Shown in pieces: positions 1 through 11,349 of a stretch of DNA of 64,000 bases (the first letter of the stretch is position 1; every line of letters starts with the position of its first letter). The position numbers and the translations under genes were made by a program. The notes beneath the pieces are model-generated. The model was not told the DNA's origin and searched no databases. It saw only the letters and a list, made by a program, of their open reading frames with translations. The stretch comes from Octopus sinensis (lineage: Eukaryota). The DNA lies in assembly GCF_006345805.1 (NCBI RefSeq), contig NC_043002.1, positions 45,818,001-45,882,000 of the forward strand. Direction: 5' to 3'.

Positions 1-1655
1 AGTGCATGACTGGTACTTATTTTATCGACCCTGAAAGGATGAAAGCAAAGTCAACCTCAGAGCATAAAGACAGAAGAAACTGCTGCTAAGCATTTTTTCC
101 GGTGTATTAACAAATCTGCCAGCTCACCAATTTAATCATCATCATCATCATTTAATGTCTGTTGTCCATGCTGGCATGGGTTGGACAGTTTGACCAGGGC
201 TGGTAAGCTGAAGGGCTGCATCAGACTCCAGCCTGATGGTTTTTACAGCTGGATGCCTTTCCGAATGTTAACCATTCCAAGAGCGTACTGAGTGCTTTTA
301 GATGCCTCCAGCACAGGTGCCAGTTGTAGGACACCAGAATTTGCAACAACAACAATTTCACTTGGCTTGATGGGTCTTCTAATAATAATAATAATAATGG
401 TTTCAAATTTTGGCACAAGGCGAGCAACTGTAGGGGAAGGGGTATGTTGATTACATCGATCCCAGAAAAGATGAAAGGCAAAGTTGACAGCAGCAGAATT
501 TGAACTCAGAATGTAAAGCTGGAAGAAATGCCACTAAGCATTTTGCCCAGTGTGCTAATCTTTCTGCAAGCTTGCTTACCTTGTTAATAATAATCCTTTC
601 TGGTCAAAGCACAATGACTGAAACTAGGGGTGGGGGTAGGGTCTAATTGAAAACACTGACCCCTGTGTGAAACTGATGCTTATTTTATCAACCCTGAAAG
701 GATGAAAGACAAAATCAGCCTTCACAGAATAAACTCAGAACATAAAGATGGAAGAATGTCGCCAAGCATTTTTTCCAGTGCAGTAATGATTCTGTCAGCT
801 CTCTGCTTTGATAATAAAAATAATCCTTTCTTATTTCTTTACTGCCCACAAGGGGCTACACACAGAGGGGACAAACAAGGACAGACAAACAGATTAAATC
901 AATTCTATCAACCCCAGTGTGTAACTGGTACTTATTTAATTGACCCTGAACAGATGAAAGGCAAAGTCGACCTCGGCAGAATTTGAACTTTGCCTTTCAT
1001 CCTTTCAGGGATGAAAAATAATCCTTTCTACTATATAGGAAGACCTGAAATTTGGTAAGAGGGAGATAGTCAATTACAGTGACCCCAGTACTCACTGGTA
1101 CTTATCTTATCGACCTTGAAAAGATGAACAGCAAAGTTGATTTCAGCAGAATTTCAACTCAGAATGTAAAGATGGATGAAATGCCCACTAAGGATTTTGC
1201 CCACAGACTTAATAATAATAATAATGATGATGATAAAAATGGTTTTAAACTTTGGCACAAGGGCAGTGATTTGGTAGGAGGGAGTAAGTGGATTAGACCA
1301 ACTGCAATATTTAACTGATACTCATTTTACCAACCCCAAAATGATGAAAGGCAAAGTCGACTTTGGCAGAATTTGAATTCAGAATGTAAAGACAGACGAA
1401 ATTTCGCACAGAGCGTTAATGATTCTACTGGCTTGCCACCTTAATGATAATAATTTTTGACAGAAGCATAAGGACACAAATTTCTAGGGAGAGTGACAAT
1501 CAATTAAATCAATCCCGGTACATGACTGACACTTAAGTTATCAACTACAAAACTTGATAATCTAGTAAGATTTGAACACAGAATGGAAAGGAACATGACA
1601 TAAGGCAATTAAACACTGCAAGGCATTTCTTATAGTCTGTCATTGTTCTGCCTTA
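1..1655 (-). mobile_element. Head-to-tail cluster of about 7 tRNA-derived Meta-domain SINE copies separated by (AAT)n, with an RTE-tailed fragment at ~136-375
   Basis: Repeated core actggtacttattttatcgacc-gaaaggatgaaaggcaaagtcgacc-cggcagaatttgaactcagaa, which is the reverse complement of a B box plus a MetaSINE-like domain. Confidence 0.85.
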
Positions 1656-1832
1656 AAAATACTGTTTTGGACATGGCCACAAGTTCCTAAAGATTGGGGT
1701 CAGTTGATTGGAACAATCCCAATACATTACTGACACTTATTTTATCAACCCAAGGCTGATGGAACAATTGACATAATAAAACAAATTTGTGTGTGTGGGG
1801 GAGAGAGAGAGAGAGGGAGGGAGAGAGAGGGG

Positions 1833-1864
<32 letters not shown>

Positions 1865-1898
1865 GATGAATTGATTGCAATACACACCTATTACTTAC

Positions 1899-2028
1899 TT
1901 TAACACCACTCATACAATCTCGGGAACAAATTTGATAAGGATTGAATTCAAAAGAAGGATGAACATGGACAGAACTATCACCTTTGGACACATAAGAATT
2001 GTTACTTTGTGAACTATTGACTATTCCT
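1899..2028 (-). CDS. Possible next WDR7 exon (GIVNSSQSNNSYVSKGDSSVHVHPSFEFNPYQICSRDCMSGVK)
   Basis: Strong donor AAA|gtaagt and an open frame entering in phase 2, as required after exon 7. The acceptor is weak (actttgactaag) and similarity to WDR7 'ASDSFRSDVGK' is faint. Confidence 0.3.
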
Positions 2029-2049
2029 CTTAGTCAAAGTGTTGAAGAT

Positions 2050-2209
2050 GAGTCTGTGGCTATGTGGTACGAACTTTGCTTCCCAATTACATGGTTCCGG
2101 GTTCAGTCCCACTGCATGACACCTTGGACAAGTGTCTTCTACTATAGCCTTGGGCTAACCAAAGCCTTGTGAGTGGATTTACTAGATGAAAACTGAAAGA
2201 AGCCCATCA

Positions 2210-2252
<43 letters not shown>

Positions 2253-2451
2253 TTGTGTGTATGTCTGTGTTTGTCCCACCACCATCACTTGACAACCGAT
2301 GTTGGTGTGTTTACGTCCCAGTAGCTTAGCAGTTTTGCAAAAGAGACTGATAGAATAATTACTAGGAATAAGTCCTGGGATCGATTTGTTTGACTAAAGG
2401 CAATGCTCCAGCATGGCCACAGTCAAAAGACTGAAAGAAGTAAAAGAATAA
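2050..2451 (+). mobile_element. tRNA-derived SINE of the 5757 family; other copies at ~31378-31705(-), ~46755-47308(-), ~55666-56165(+) and 48398-51077(-, split by Tigger)
   Basis: Colinear with 5757-6165. Confidence 0.85.
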
Positions 2452-2560
2452 GACCCTGGTACTATGTAGTGTCTTACAGTTTGGTGGCTGGCATTGCATA
2501 GTACCAAAGATCTCCTTCTGTGAACATACTTTTGTAAAAACAACTCAATCAACACACACA

Positions 2561-3885
2561 CACGGTTTGGGGGCTAAATATGAAAATTTTTAAGTTTTCT
2601 TTTTTTAGGGACAGCTTGATGTATTGGTGAACTGTCAGTGGCACTGGAGAGCATAAAGATAAAGGTTGCAACTGAGAAGTTAGCTGACATAGAGAATATT
2701 GGAAAAGAGTTACATTGTCATCATGAGTTGTGCTGGATACGAAAATACCAGCATCATGACTACTACTTAATGCACTGTGAACTCTGGAAAGGTAAGATAT
2801 GACACAGACAGCTACAATGGAAACTAGGAAACTATGGCCAACAGGAAGTGTCAAAGCAGGAATTTTGATGGTATCCACACACCAGAACTCATCCAGCAAC
2901 TGCAGGACAAGGTGATGGAAGATCTGAGCAAGAGAATCCAGGCTTTGTTGAGCGAGATGGGTGTTGGAGTAACCACCATGAAGTTGGCCTTGAATGAGGA
3001 CTTTTACTATCACTCATACAAGAGGTGCAAGGGCAAAAACTGACAGCCAGGGAGAACTATTTGATGAAGGCAAAGAAGCTCCTGAACAAGCCAAGGCATC
3101 CGTCTGAGCTAGGGATAATTTGGTTCTTCTCTAATACGATCAGTAGCACAACACCCAGAACAACAGGTGGTTTTCCTACAATCTACATGATGTCCCACAT
3201 ATCATGAAAACTAAGTTACCCCAAACTGTGATAGTATTTGGGTGTGTCTTCAGTGAGGGTGACATCATACCACACCACATCTTTCAACAGGGCCCTTTCA
3301 GACAGTTATGTGAAGCTGATGATGATTGTGGTGGTCAAACCCTGGCCAGAGATGGTTGCTGTTGGAGACTATATGTGTCACAGCAGGATTTGGCTTCTTG
3401 CCATGCCTCTGTAAAAAAAGAGTCAGAAATGGTTGTCAGAAAATTTCTATGACTTTACCAGCCCAAATTTCTGGCCTCCTAATTCCCCTGATTGTAATCT
3501 CTTGGATTACTATGCGTGGGGCACAGGTGAAAAAGACACCAAGTGCTCTGCCTGTAGCACCAAGGCTGAGCTGGTGGCCAAGATCAAGAAGATATTCAAA
3601 GATCTTCCTAGGGACACAGTGAAGAGTGCATGCATCAAGTTCTGGGGCTGTATTGGGGCTGTAGTATAAGCTAAGGATGGATTTGGTTCTTCTCTATTAT
3701 GATCAGTAGCACAACACCCAGAACAACAGGTGGTTTTCCTACAATCTACATGATGTAATATCCCAGTCGTAATCTAGTCAAGTTGATGTTTTTTGATTTT
3801 TTAAAAGATACTTTTATTTTTGAATGGGATATTGCATTTTCCTTTAATATTTTTGCAAACTATCAAATTTAGCCTGAGCACCCTG
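2561..3885 (+). mobile_element. Decayed Tc1/mariner transposon, probably maT/DD37D-like (~1.3 kb)
   Basis: Transposase remnants WFFS, KTKLPQTVIVFGCV, SQQD and WPPNSPDCNLLDYYAWG. The right terminal inverted repeat (TIR) ends CACCCTG|TA, and a degenerate left TIR at 2561 matches it at about 20/29 positions. Confidence 0.8.
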
Positions 3886-5756
3886 TATATATGTATATAT
3901 ATATAACCGTCCAACCCATGCTAGCATGGAGAACGGACGTTAAACGACGATGATATATGAGGTGTGTGTGTGTGTGTGTGTGTATGTGTGTGTGAAATGA
4001 TCTGTATATGTATATATATATTACAGCTGCATCAGTGCCAAGCAATGCAGAGACATAAGCAAATTTCTGGTTAGTTCAAATATGCTTGTAACATATTTCC
4101 ACTTCTAAAGGTAAATTCACTGTAGTTACCATGGAGAAAAATTCTTTCTTATGGTAAAAAGATGTAAAAACACCATATCTGTCCAGTGCTGCTCCCTCTC
4201 AGATTCCCAGATGTGTTTCTAGCTCTTTAGCCACTATCAATAGGAAATACCAAAGGGCGGCAACTCTGGACAGACTTTAGCTAAATACATGATTTCTCTT
4301 GTTTTTTGATTCCTTGAAGCAAACATCTTAAAAGAAATAAGTGTTATTTTGAATTTTCTTCTATTAAGGCAACCATTCCTGCAGACTAATAATAATTTAT
4401 GGTATTTTCAACAGAATCCAATATAGTTTCTTTGTTTATTTGACTGTAAAATTGTAAATTATATAATATAAAAGAAAATATCTTTTATGCTTTAGAATAT
4501 GAAATGTGATAAAATGATTAGGGCTTAGAGAGCTGTTGATCATTTTAAGAAAAGATGTTGTAAGCAGAGTTTGCAGTTTATTGCAGTTTAGAGAGGTCAC
4601 AAAAAAACCAAAAAAAAAACACTGGTTTTAAAAGGAAAATAAAATGAACAAAAATTATATAGAAGCATGTCATAAAGTCTTGCTTTTAGTAATGTGGGTC
4701 AGAAAATGAATTAAAACAATAAAAACTTCAAATAAGAATATTATTATTATAAATAAATGTTAATGGAAAACAAACCAAAAAGTGTAAATAGTAAACAGAT
4801 GTGTGCAGCATTATAGAAGACAGTTTTTTTTTTAGAAGTAACAAACAAATATGCAAGAACTGGCATTTTAAAAATCAAGAATGCAGTCCTAGAAGCATAA
4901 TTAAAGTCCAAATGAAAATCAAAACTGAGATGATAACTAAAAGTTCAATATCAGTGTGTGGGGGAGAACTTAAATTGTTTTTTTTTTTTTTACTGAAAAC
5001 TATGATAGAGTGGAATCTTGTTTTCTATTAAGTTTTATAAACTTGTAGAAAGAGGAAGTAATTATTTACAAGACAATGATTAGTCATATTAACTAGATTG
5101 CTTTTATGATACTCCACATTAATTTCCAATGTCAAACAACATAGATGTTAGTACAAAACTAAATATCTTCCTTAGCCACTACCATTTAGGTATTTCATAG
5201 TTGAGCATTACTGAATATATTTATGAATAGTCCATTTTACGAAGGCTGATCCTTCCATTCTTCAATGAAATGAGAAATAAAAGATGACAAAATTAATTTC
5301 AAAGATAAAATCTGATGAAAAATATCTCTTCCCTCTATTTGTGACGAGATGGGTTTATTCCTAGAATATCCATTCAATCAACAGAAAAGTAATCAGAAGT
5401 ACTTAAATTCAAAGATTACAAAACTCATGAATGAAAAGAGAAAATTAGAATCAATGGAAAGATCATAAAATAGAAAGCAGATGAAAGTCCCACACAGAGA
5501 AAAGAATGAAATTGCATTCTGCTCTTGACTCCCATTAAAATTAATGGAAGTAAGAAAAGAATTGAAGCCAGAAACAGAGAACTGGTAGTGGTACTAATGT
5601 CACTTGAAAGTCTCAGGTTAATGATGATGAGGAGGAGAAAGAAGATGGCATAAGTGTTGTAATAACCCTCATTCATTTTTTAACATTTCATATATAAAAA
5701 AGAAAAATTGTTTTATCAAATTGAAAATGAATCTCAAACATTATCAACGAGATAAT

Positions 5757-6165
5757 AGGCGCAGGAGTGGTTGTGTGGTAAGTAGCTTGCTAACCAACCA
5801 CATGGTTCCGGGTTCAGTCCCATTGCGTGGCATCTTGGGCAAGTGTCTTCTGCTATAGCCTCGGGCCGACCAAAGCCTTGTGAGTGGATTTAGTAGACGG
5901 AAACTGAAAGAAGCCTGTCGTATATATGTATATATGTGTGTGTGTATATATGTTTGTGTGTCTGTGTTTGTACCCCCCAACATCGCTTGACAACCGATGC
6001 TGGTGTGTTTACGTCCCCGTAACTTAGCGGTTCGGTAAAAGAGACCGATAGAATAAGTACTGGGCTTACAAAGAATAAGTCCCGGGGTCGATTTGCTCGA
6101 CTAAAGGCAGTGCTCCAGCATGGCCGCAGTCAAATGACTGAAACAAGTAAAAGAGTAAAAGAGTA
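5757..6165 (+). mobile_element. Full-length tRNA-derived SINE of a second family, with a central (TA/TG)n tract
   Basis: A box tggttgtgtgg, B box ggttcagtcc, a cttgggcaagtgtctt core and a (gtaaaaga)n tail. Many CpGs are retained. Confidence 0.88.
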
Positions 6166-6412
6166 AGATAAATATTTTTTTCTAAGTGACTGGTATATTT
6201 AAGAATATGCTAAAAAAAATAAAACTTTTTTTCTTTTCAATTTATAAACTTTGCAGCAGCAAAAAGTATATTGCAGAAACAAATTCAGCACATATGTTAG
6301 ACAATTAATTACTTTTAGTTAGAACATGCACTTAGAAAAAAACATGCTTAACTCTTTTGATACCATATTTATTTTGAGATGATCTGTGTTTCTTTCAATT
6401 ATTTTAAATATA

Positions 6413-6443
<31 letters not shown>

Positions 6444-6444
<1 letters not shown>

Positions 6445-7270
6445 GGTGGCAGAATCATTAGCATGCTGGACGAAATGTTTAGCATTATGTCGCCCGTCAC
6501 TATGTTCTGGGTTCAAATTCCACTGAGGTCGACTTTGCCGTTCATCCTTTCAGGGTCGATTAAATAAGTACCAGTTACGCACTGGGGGTCGATGTAATCG
6601 ACTTAATCCCTTCCCTCAAGCTGCTCTTGTGGCAAAAAATTTGAAATCACCAGTATTCTTGTTATCATTATTAAGGTGGTGAGCTGACAGAATCATTAGC
6701 ATGCTGGATGAAATGCTTAGTGGTATTCCGCCCGTCACTACATTCTGGGTTCAAATTCTACTGAAGTTGACTTTGCTTTCATCCTTTTAGGGTTGATAAA
6801 TTAAGTACCAGTGAAACACTGGGGTTGATTTAATTGATTACTCCCCTCCTGCCAAAAAACTTCAGGCCTTGTAGTAGAAAGGATTATTATTATTATTAAG
6901 GCAGTGAGTAGCAGAATCGTTAGCACACTGAGTAACATGCTTGGAGGCATTTCATCTGTCTTTATGTTCTGAGTTCAAATCTCATTGAGGTCAACTTTGC
7001 CTTTCTGGGTTGATAAAATAAGTACCAGTCAAGCACTAGAAGTTAATGTAATCAACTAGCCTCGTTCCACCAAATTTCAGGCTTTGTGCCTTCAGTAGAA
7101 AGGATTATTATTATTATTATTATTATTGTTGTTCTGCTGAGGTTAACTTTACTTTTCATCCATTTGGGTATGATGAAATAATTACCAGTCACACACTGGG
7201 GTTGATGTAATTGACTTGCTCCCTTCCCCAAAATTTCAAGCCTTGTGCCTATAGTAGAAAGGATTATTAT
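6444..7270 (+). mobile_element. Head-to-tail cluster of about 4 Meta-domain SINE copies
   Basis: Repeated gggttcaaattcc-gaggtcgactttgcc-tttcatccttt-gggtcgat-aagtaccag, with (ATT)n spacers. Confidence 0.85.
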
Positions 7271-7771
7271 TGATAGTGACAGTCCCAACCATTTAAGATT
7301 TACACACTACCCAAAAGGAAATTCACAACACACACATATATTTTATATGATAGATCGGTAGCCACTACACACATTTTTTTTCTCTCCTTGCTTATTTCTG
7401 TGGAAGAGTGTCGGTTCGAAACGTAAAAGACTTTTTCAATTCCCGAGCGTTATATTAATACATCTGTTTGTTTTCTACACCACCTGTCTTCGTCTTTTGT
7501 TTTTTTCATGAATTCTCCCTATATATATATATATATATATGTAGTTTATAGATGCAATATAGGTAGAAGTAGAATCAACAAAAAAAAAAGTACTCTATCC
7601 AGTGAGAGATAGATATCAATTAAATACATATACTAAAAGAGCTACTAATGGTTTCATGTTTTTAGGATACTTTAAGTGAAAGATAGCTTGGAGATACATG
7701 GCGTATTTTATAAATAGGCCTAGTTAAAGTATCATAAAAGCATGAAACTATTAGCAGCTCTTTTAATAAAA

Positions 7772-7819
<48 letters not shown>

Positions 7820-8214
7820 AAAGTGTGGGGTAATAGCAGAACACATGCTCAAAATAGTTGAATGATTATTTGCCATGAATGACATTTTTATTGGTAATTA
7901 ACGAACACTTTTTGGAAAGACCTAAATTTTTCTATTTATTGACCTCGGTTTTATCAGAAAAGACTTGATGATTCAGTAATTTAGTTTAATTAGGATGAAC
8001 TCCTTTTCTCTCTCTCTCTCTCTCTCTCGCAATTGAAGTATCCCAATTATATTTACTATTTGTTTACTCGTATAAGGGAGCTAAAATACATTAAACTGGG
8101 AAGGTTTTAAAGTCAGAATACATTATAAAACACTTAGTTTACAGTCTGGAACAGTGCAACATTAAATTTTTAAATCAGCACTATTGGTTTTGGTAATAAC
8201 AACAACAATAATAA

Positions 8215-8425
8215 TAATAATCCTTTCTACTAAAGGCCTGAAATTTGGGGGGAGGGGTAAGTCAGTTACATCAACTCTAGTGTCTCACTGGTACTTATTT
8301 AACTGACTACAAAAGGATGAAAGTCAAAGTTGACCCCAGCAGAATTTGAACCCAGAACATAACGGCAGACAAGATACTGCTAAATATTCCAGCCGGTGTA
8401 CTAATGATTCTGCCAGCTCACCTTA
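8215..8425 (-). mobile_element. Meta-domain SINE; further copies at ~9350-9825, ~29620-29750 and ~41690-41872
   Basis: Same conserved core next to (AAT)n. Confidence 0.8.
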
Positions 8426-9840
8426 TTATAGTGTTCTATAGAGGGTTAGTGGAGGAAAAGTGTGATGATGTTCTCAGGGATACTCAGGGTGTCAACAAAA
8501 TCAACTGACTGGTCTGTTCTGGAGGACTTTTGGACTGGGGCCTAAGGAGAATTTCCAGGAATCCCTCGCCTAGTAGTGCTACCAAGGATAAACTTTACAG
8601 ACATGGAAGTGCTGTCAGCTGAGCCTGCCCAAGGTGCCCACAGAGCGGCAAAACCATTCTGTATGCTCTCGTCCAGCACCCAAGCTTTACTGACTTGTGA
8701 GTTTATGTCGAACAGCTGCTGTCACATGCAGGATGGATCCTGCTATAAGCTGAATCCATAGTGAAGATTACCCCACTGCCCTCCTTTAACCGGGAGGGGC
8801 AGGCAATTTTTATTTGTCTGGTGGCTGTAGCAAAAGAGGTAGTGGGGTGGACATATTTGAAAGGGCTAAAGACAGGCACTTTCGTCTTTGGTCAAGACCT
8901 CATCAACTTTTTCAAGATTCACTTGAGAAAGGAAGTGAGGGTGTTGCCTTCTAGCAAATTTGTTAAAAGGTGGGTTGAAAAATTTGTTAAAAGGTTGGGA
9001 AAATGGTTAGTGTGAAAGGACCAATTCTGAGTATACACCTGTGAAAAAATATGAAAATGCATCCTAATCAAACTATTTTACTGAATCATCAAGTCTTTTC
9101 TGTTAAATCCTAATGGACAAACTTAGGATTTCTCAAAAAGTCACAGTTAATTACCAATAAACATGTCATTTATGACAAATAGGAAATTATCTATAACTCC
9201 CATCAAACACATAACTTTACAGTTTTAGATAGAAATGAAAATTACTTTGAGCATACATTGTTGTTAACGACAAATATTTATACATTGTGAATGTTTATTC
9301 AGTTGGAGTATAGTCATATATTGTTGGGACTGGCACAAAAAATAATAATAATAATTTTTTTTCTAATTCTTGCACAAGGCTGGGAAATTCGAAGGGAGGG
9401 AGAAGTTGATTACATTGACCCATTTGCTCAATTGGTATTTTTTTTATCAATCATGAAAGGATGAAAGGCAAAGTAGACGCCAGCAGGATTTGAACTCAAA
9501 ACATAAAGAACCAGAAGAAATGCTGCAAAGTATTTTTCCTGACATGCTAATAATTCTGCTAGTTCACCACCTTTTCAAATGATAATTACTATAATTCTTT
9601 CAAATTTTGGCATAAACTCAATAGTTTTAATGGGAAGGGAGGTTGATTGCATCAATCCCAGTTAGGTTTGGTGAGAAGCTTGACTGGTACTTATTTTATC
9701 AACTTTGAACGGATTAAAGGTAATGTCAACCTCAGCAACGCTTGAACTCAGAACATAAAAGAGCTAGGAGAAATGTTATTAAGCATTTTTCTGATGCACT
9801 AATAATTCTGCCAGCTCACCACCTAAATAATAATAATAAC

Positions 9841-9881
<41 letters not shown>

Positions 9882-9908
9882 TAATAATGATGATAATAAT
9901 ATTAATAG

Positions 9909-10812
9909 TCTTGGTATAAAAGATGGGCTACAGCAAATATTCTGCTCAATACCACAGATTTGCTTGTCAATTGTTTGACCGTAATCAGTTGAGCATGTCC
10001 CTTAGTGGCTGATGATATGTACATCTCTGATCATGAGCGGGATGGGTTACTCGACCAGAAGAAAATTCTAACTGGGCCCCACCTGCAAGGTCATGTGCTG
10101 TTTATCTTGATATGAGATCACCATGTTATGCACATATGGTTGTGATGCATGTGCCTAGGGTATCCGTATCAGACGGGTAGTCATGATGGGTATGCTGGGC
10201 TTAATATATTTTACCCCAGTGTCACTTTGATGGCATGCACTGCTCTCCTACTCAATAATAATAAAAATAATAAATGCTCTGATGCAATACCAGGTAGTGG
10301 CTCTCATGGCTTCTGATCTCAGCTGATTGGAAGAGTTATCATGTACATGTTTTACGTCTTGCTACATCAAATATTCTGCTCAGTACCACAGATTTGTTTA
10401 ACAGTTGTTTGACCATAACCAGTTGAGCATGTCGCTTGGTGGCTGACAATATGTGCATCTTTGGTCGTGATCAGAAGTAGTAGGGGAGCATGATAGCCAT
10501 GTGTCAAGAGGAATTCTTTGGGGTTTGAATAATTCACCCTTGGAAACATGGACGTTTCATTCAACATCCTTAAACAACCCTTATTCAGGGACCTTTTGAG
10601 TGGGATGGGCTACTCGACCTGAAAAAAATCCTAACTGGGCCCCACCTGCAAGGTCATGCATTGCTTATCTTGATATGAAATCATCATGTCATGCATGTGC
10701 CTGGTGTACTCTTATCAGATGGGTGATCATGATGAGTATATATGAGTATATGGGCTTCATATATTTGACCCCAGTGTCACTTTGATGGCATGCGCTGCTC
10801 TCTCACTCAATA
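9909..10812 (+). repeat. Two tandem copies of a ~540-bp non-coding retroposon-like repeat with (AAT)n tails; third copy at ~29796-30200
   Basis: Shared blocks caaatattctgctcaataccacagatttg, ctaactgggccccacctgcaaggtcatg and ccccagtgtcactttgatggcatgc, embedded in (AAT)n runs. Confidence 0.82.
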
Positions 10813-11349
10813 GCAATAATAATATGGAGTTGACTACAAATTTAGTGAACTTTGCTGCCAGCAAAATGCTTTAAAATATAGATTGTCCATCCATTAGAAT
10901 AGCATGTCATTAAAAGTTAAGTATTTAGAAATGTTTACTGTCATGTTTAGTGAAAAATACATTATGCTCCTGAAAAGAGGTAAAAGGTGTAAGTTTACTC
11001 AACTGGAACACATATAGCTGAATGTGAAAATGAAGAGATATAATTCTGACTTTCTCTTGAACTAAAGAAATAACTGATCACAAAGGAAGAGACTGAAATG
11101 GATGCATTCTGTAGATATAAAGAACAAAACAGAACAGAAGTTACACAGAAGAAGCTACATGCCAACACCACATTCCACAGCACAAACAAGTTTATATAGT
11201 AAGCACATAACCACACACTCCTTTACCACCAGCATTAAAATATTTCAACAGGACAAAGAACAGAAATGGACATAAACAAAATAAAAGTATCTGGATAATA
11301 ATAATAATAATAATAAAAAAAAAACTGCTAGTGAGCAAAATTATATCTT

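Noticed and set aside
5757-5830. tRNA gene
   Set aside because: The A and B boxes belong to a SINE head, and there is no complete cloverleaf.
8430-9038. GC-richer segment with short ORFs and a strong minus-strand acceptor at ~9038
   Set aside because: No recognisable protein motif and an early stop in the needed phase; probably a decayed TE.
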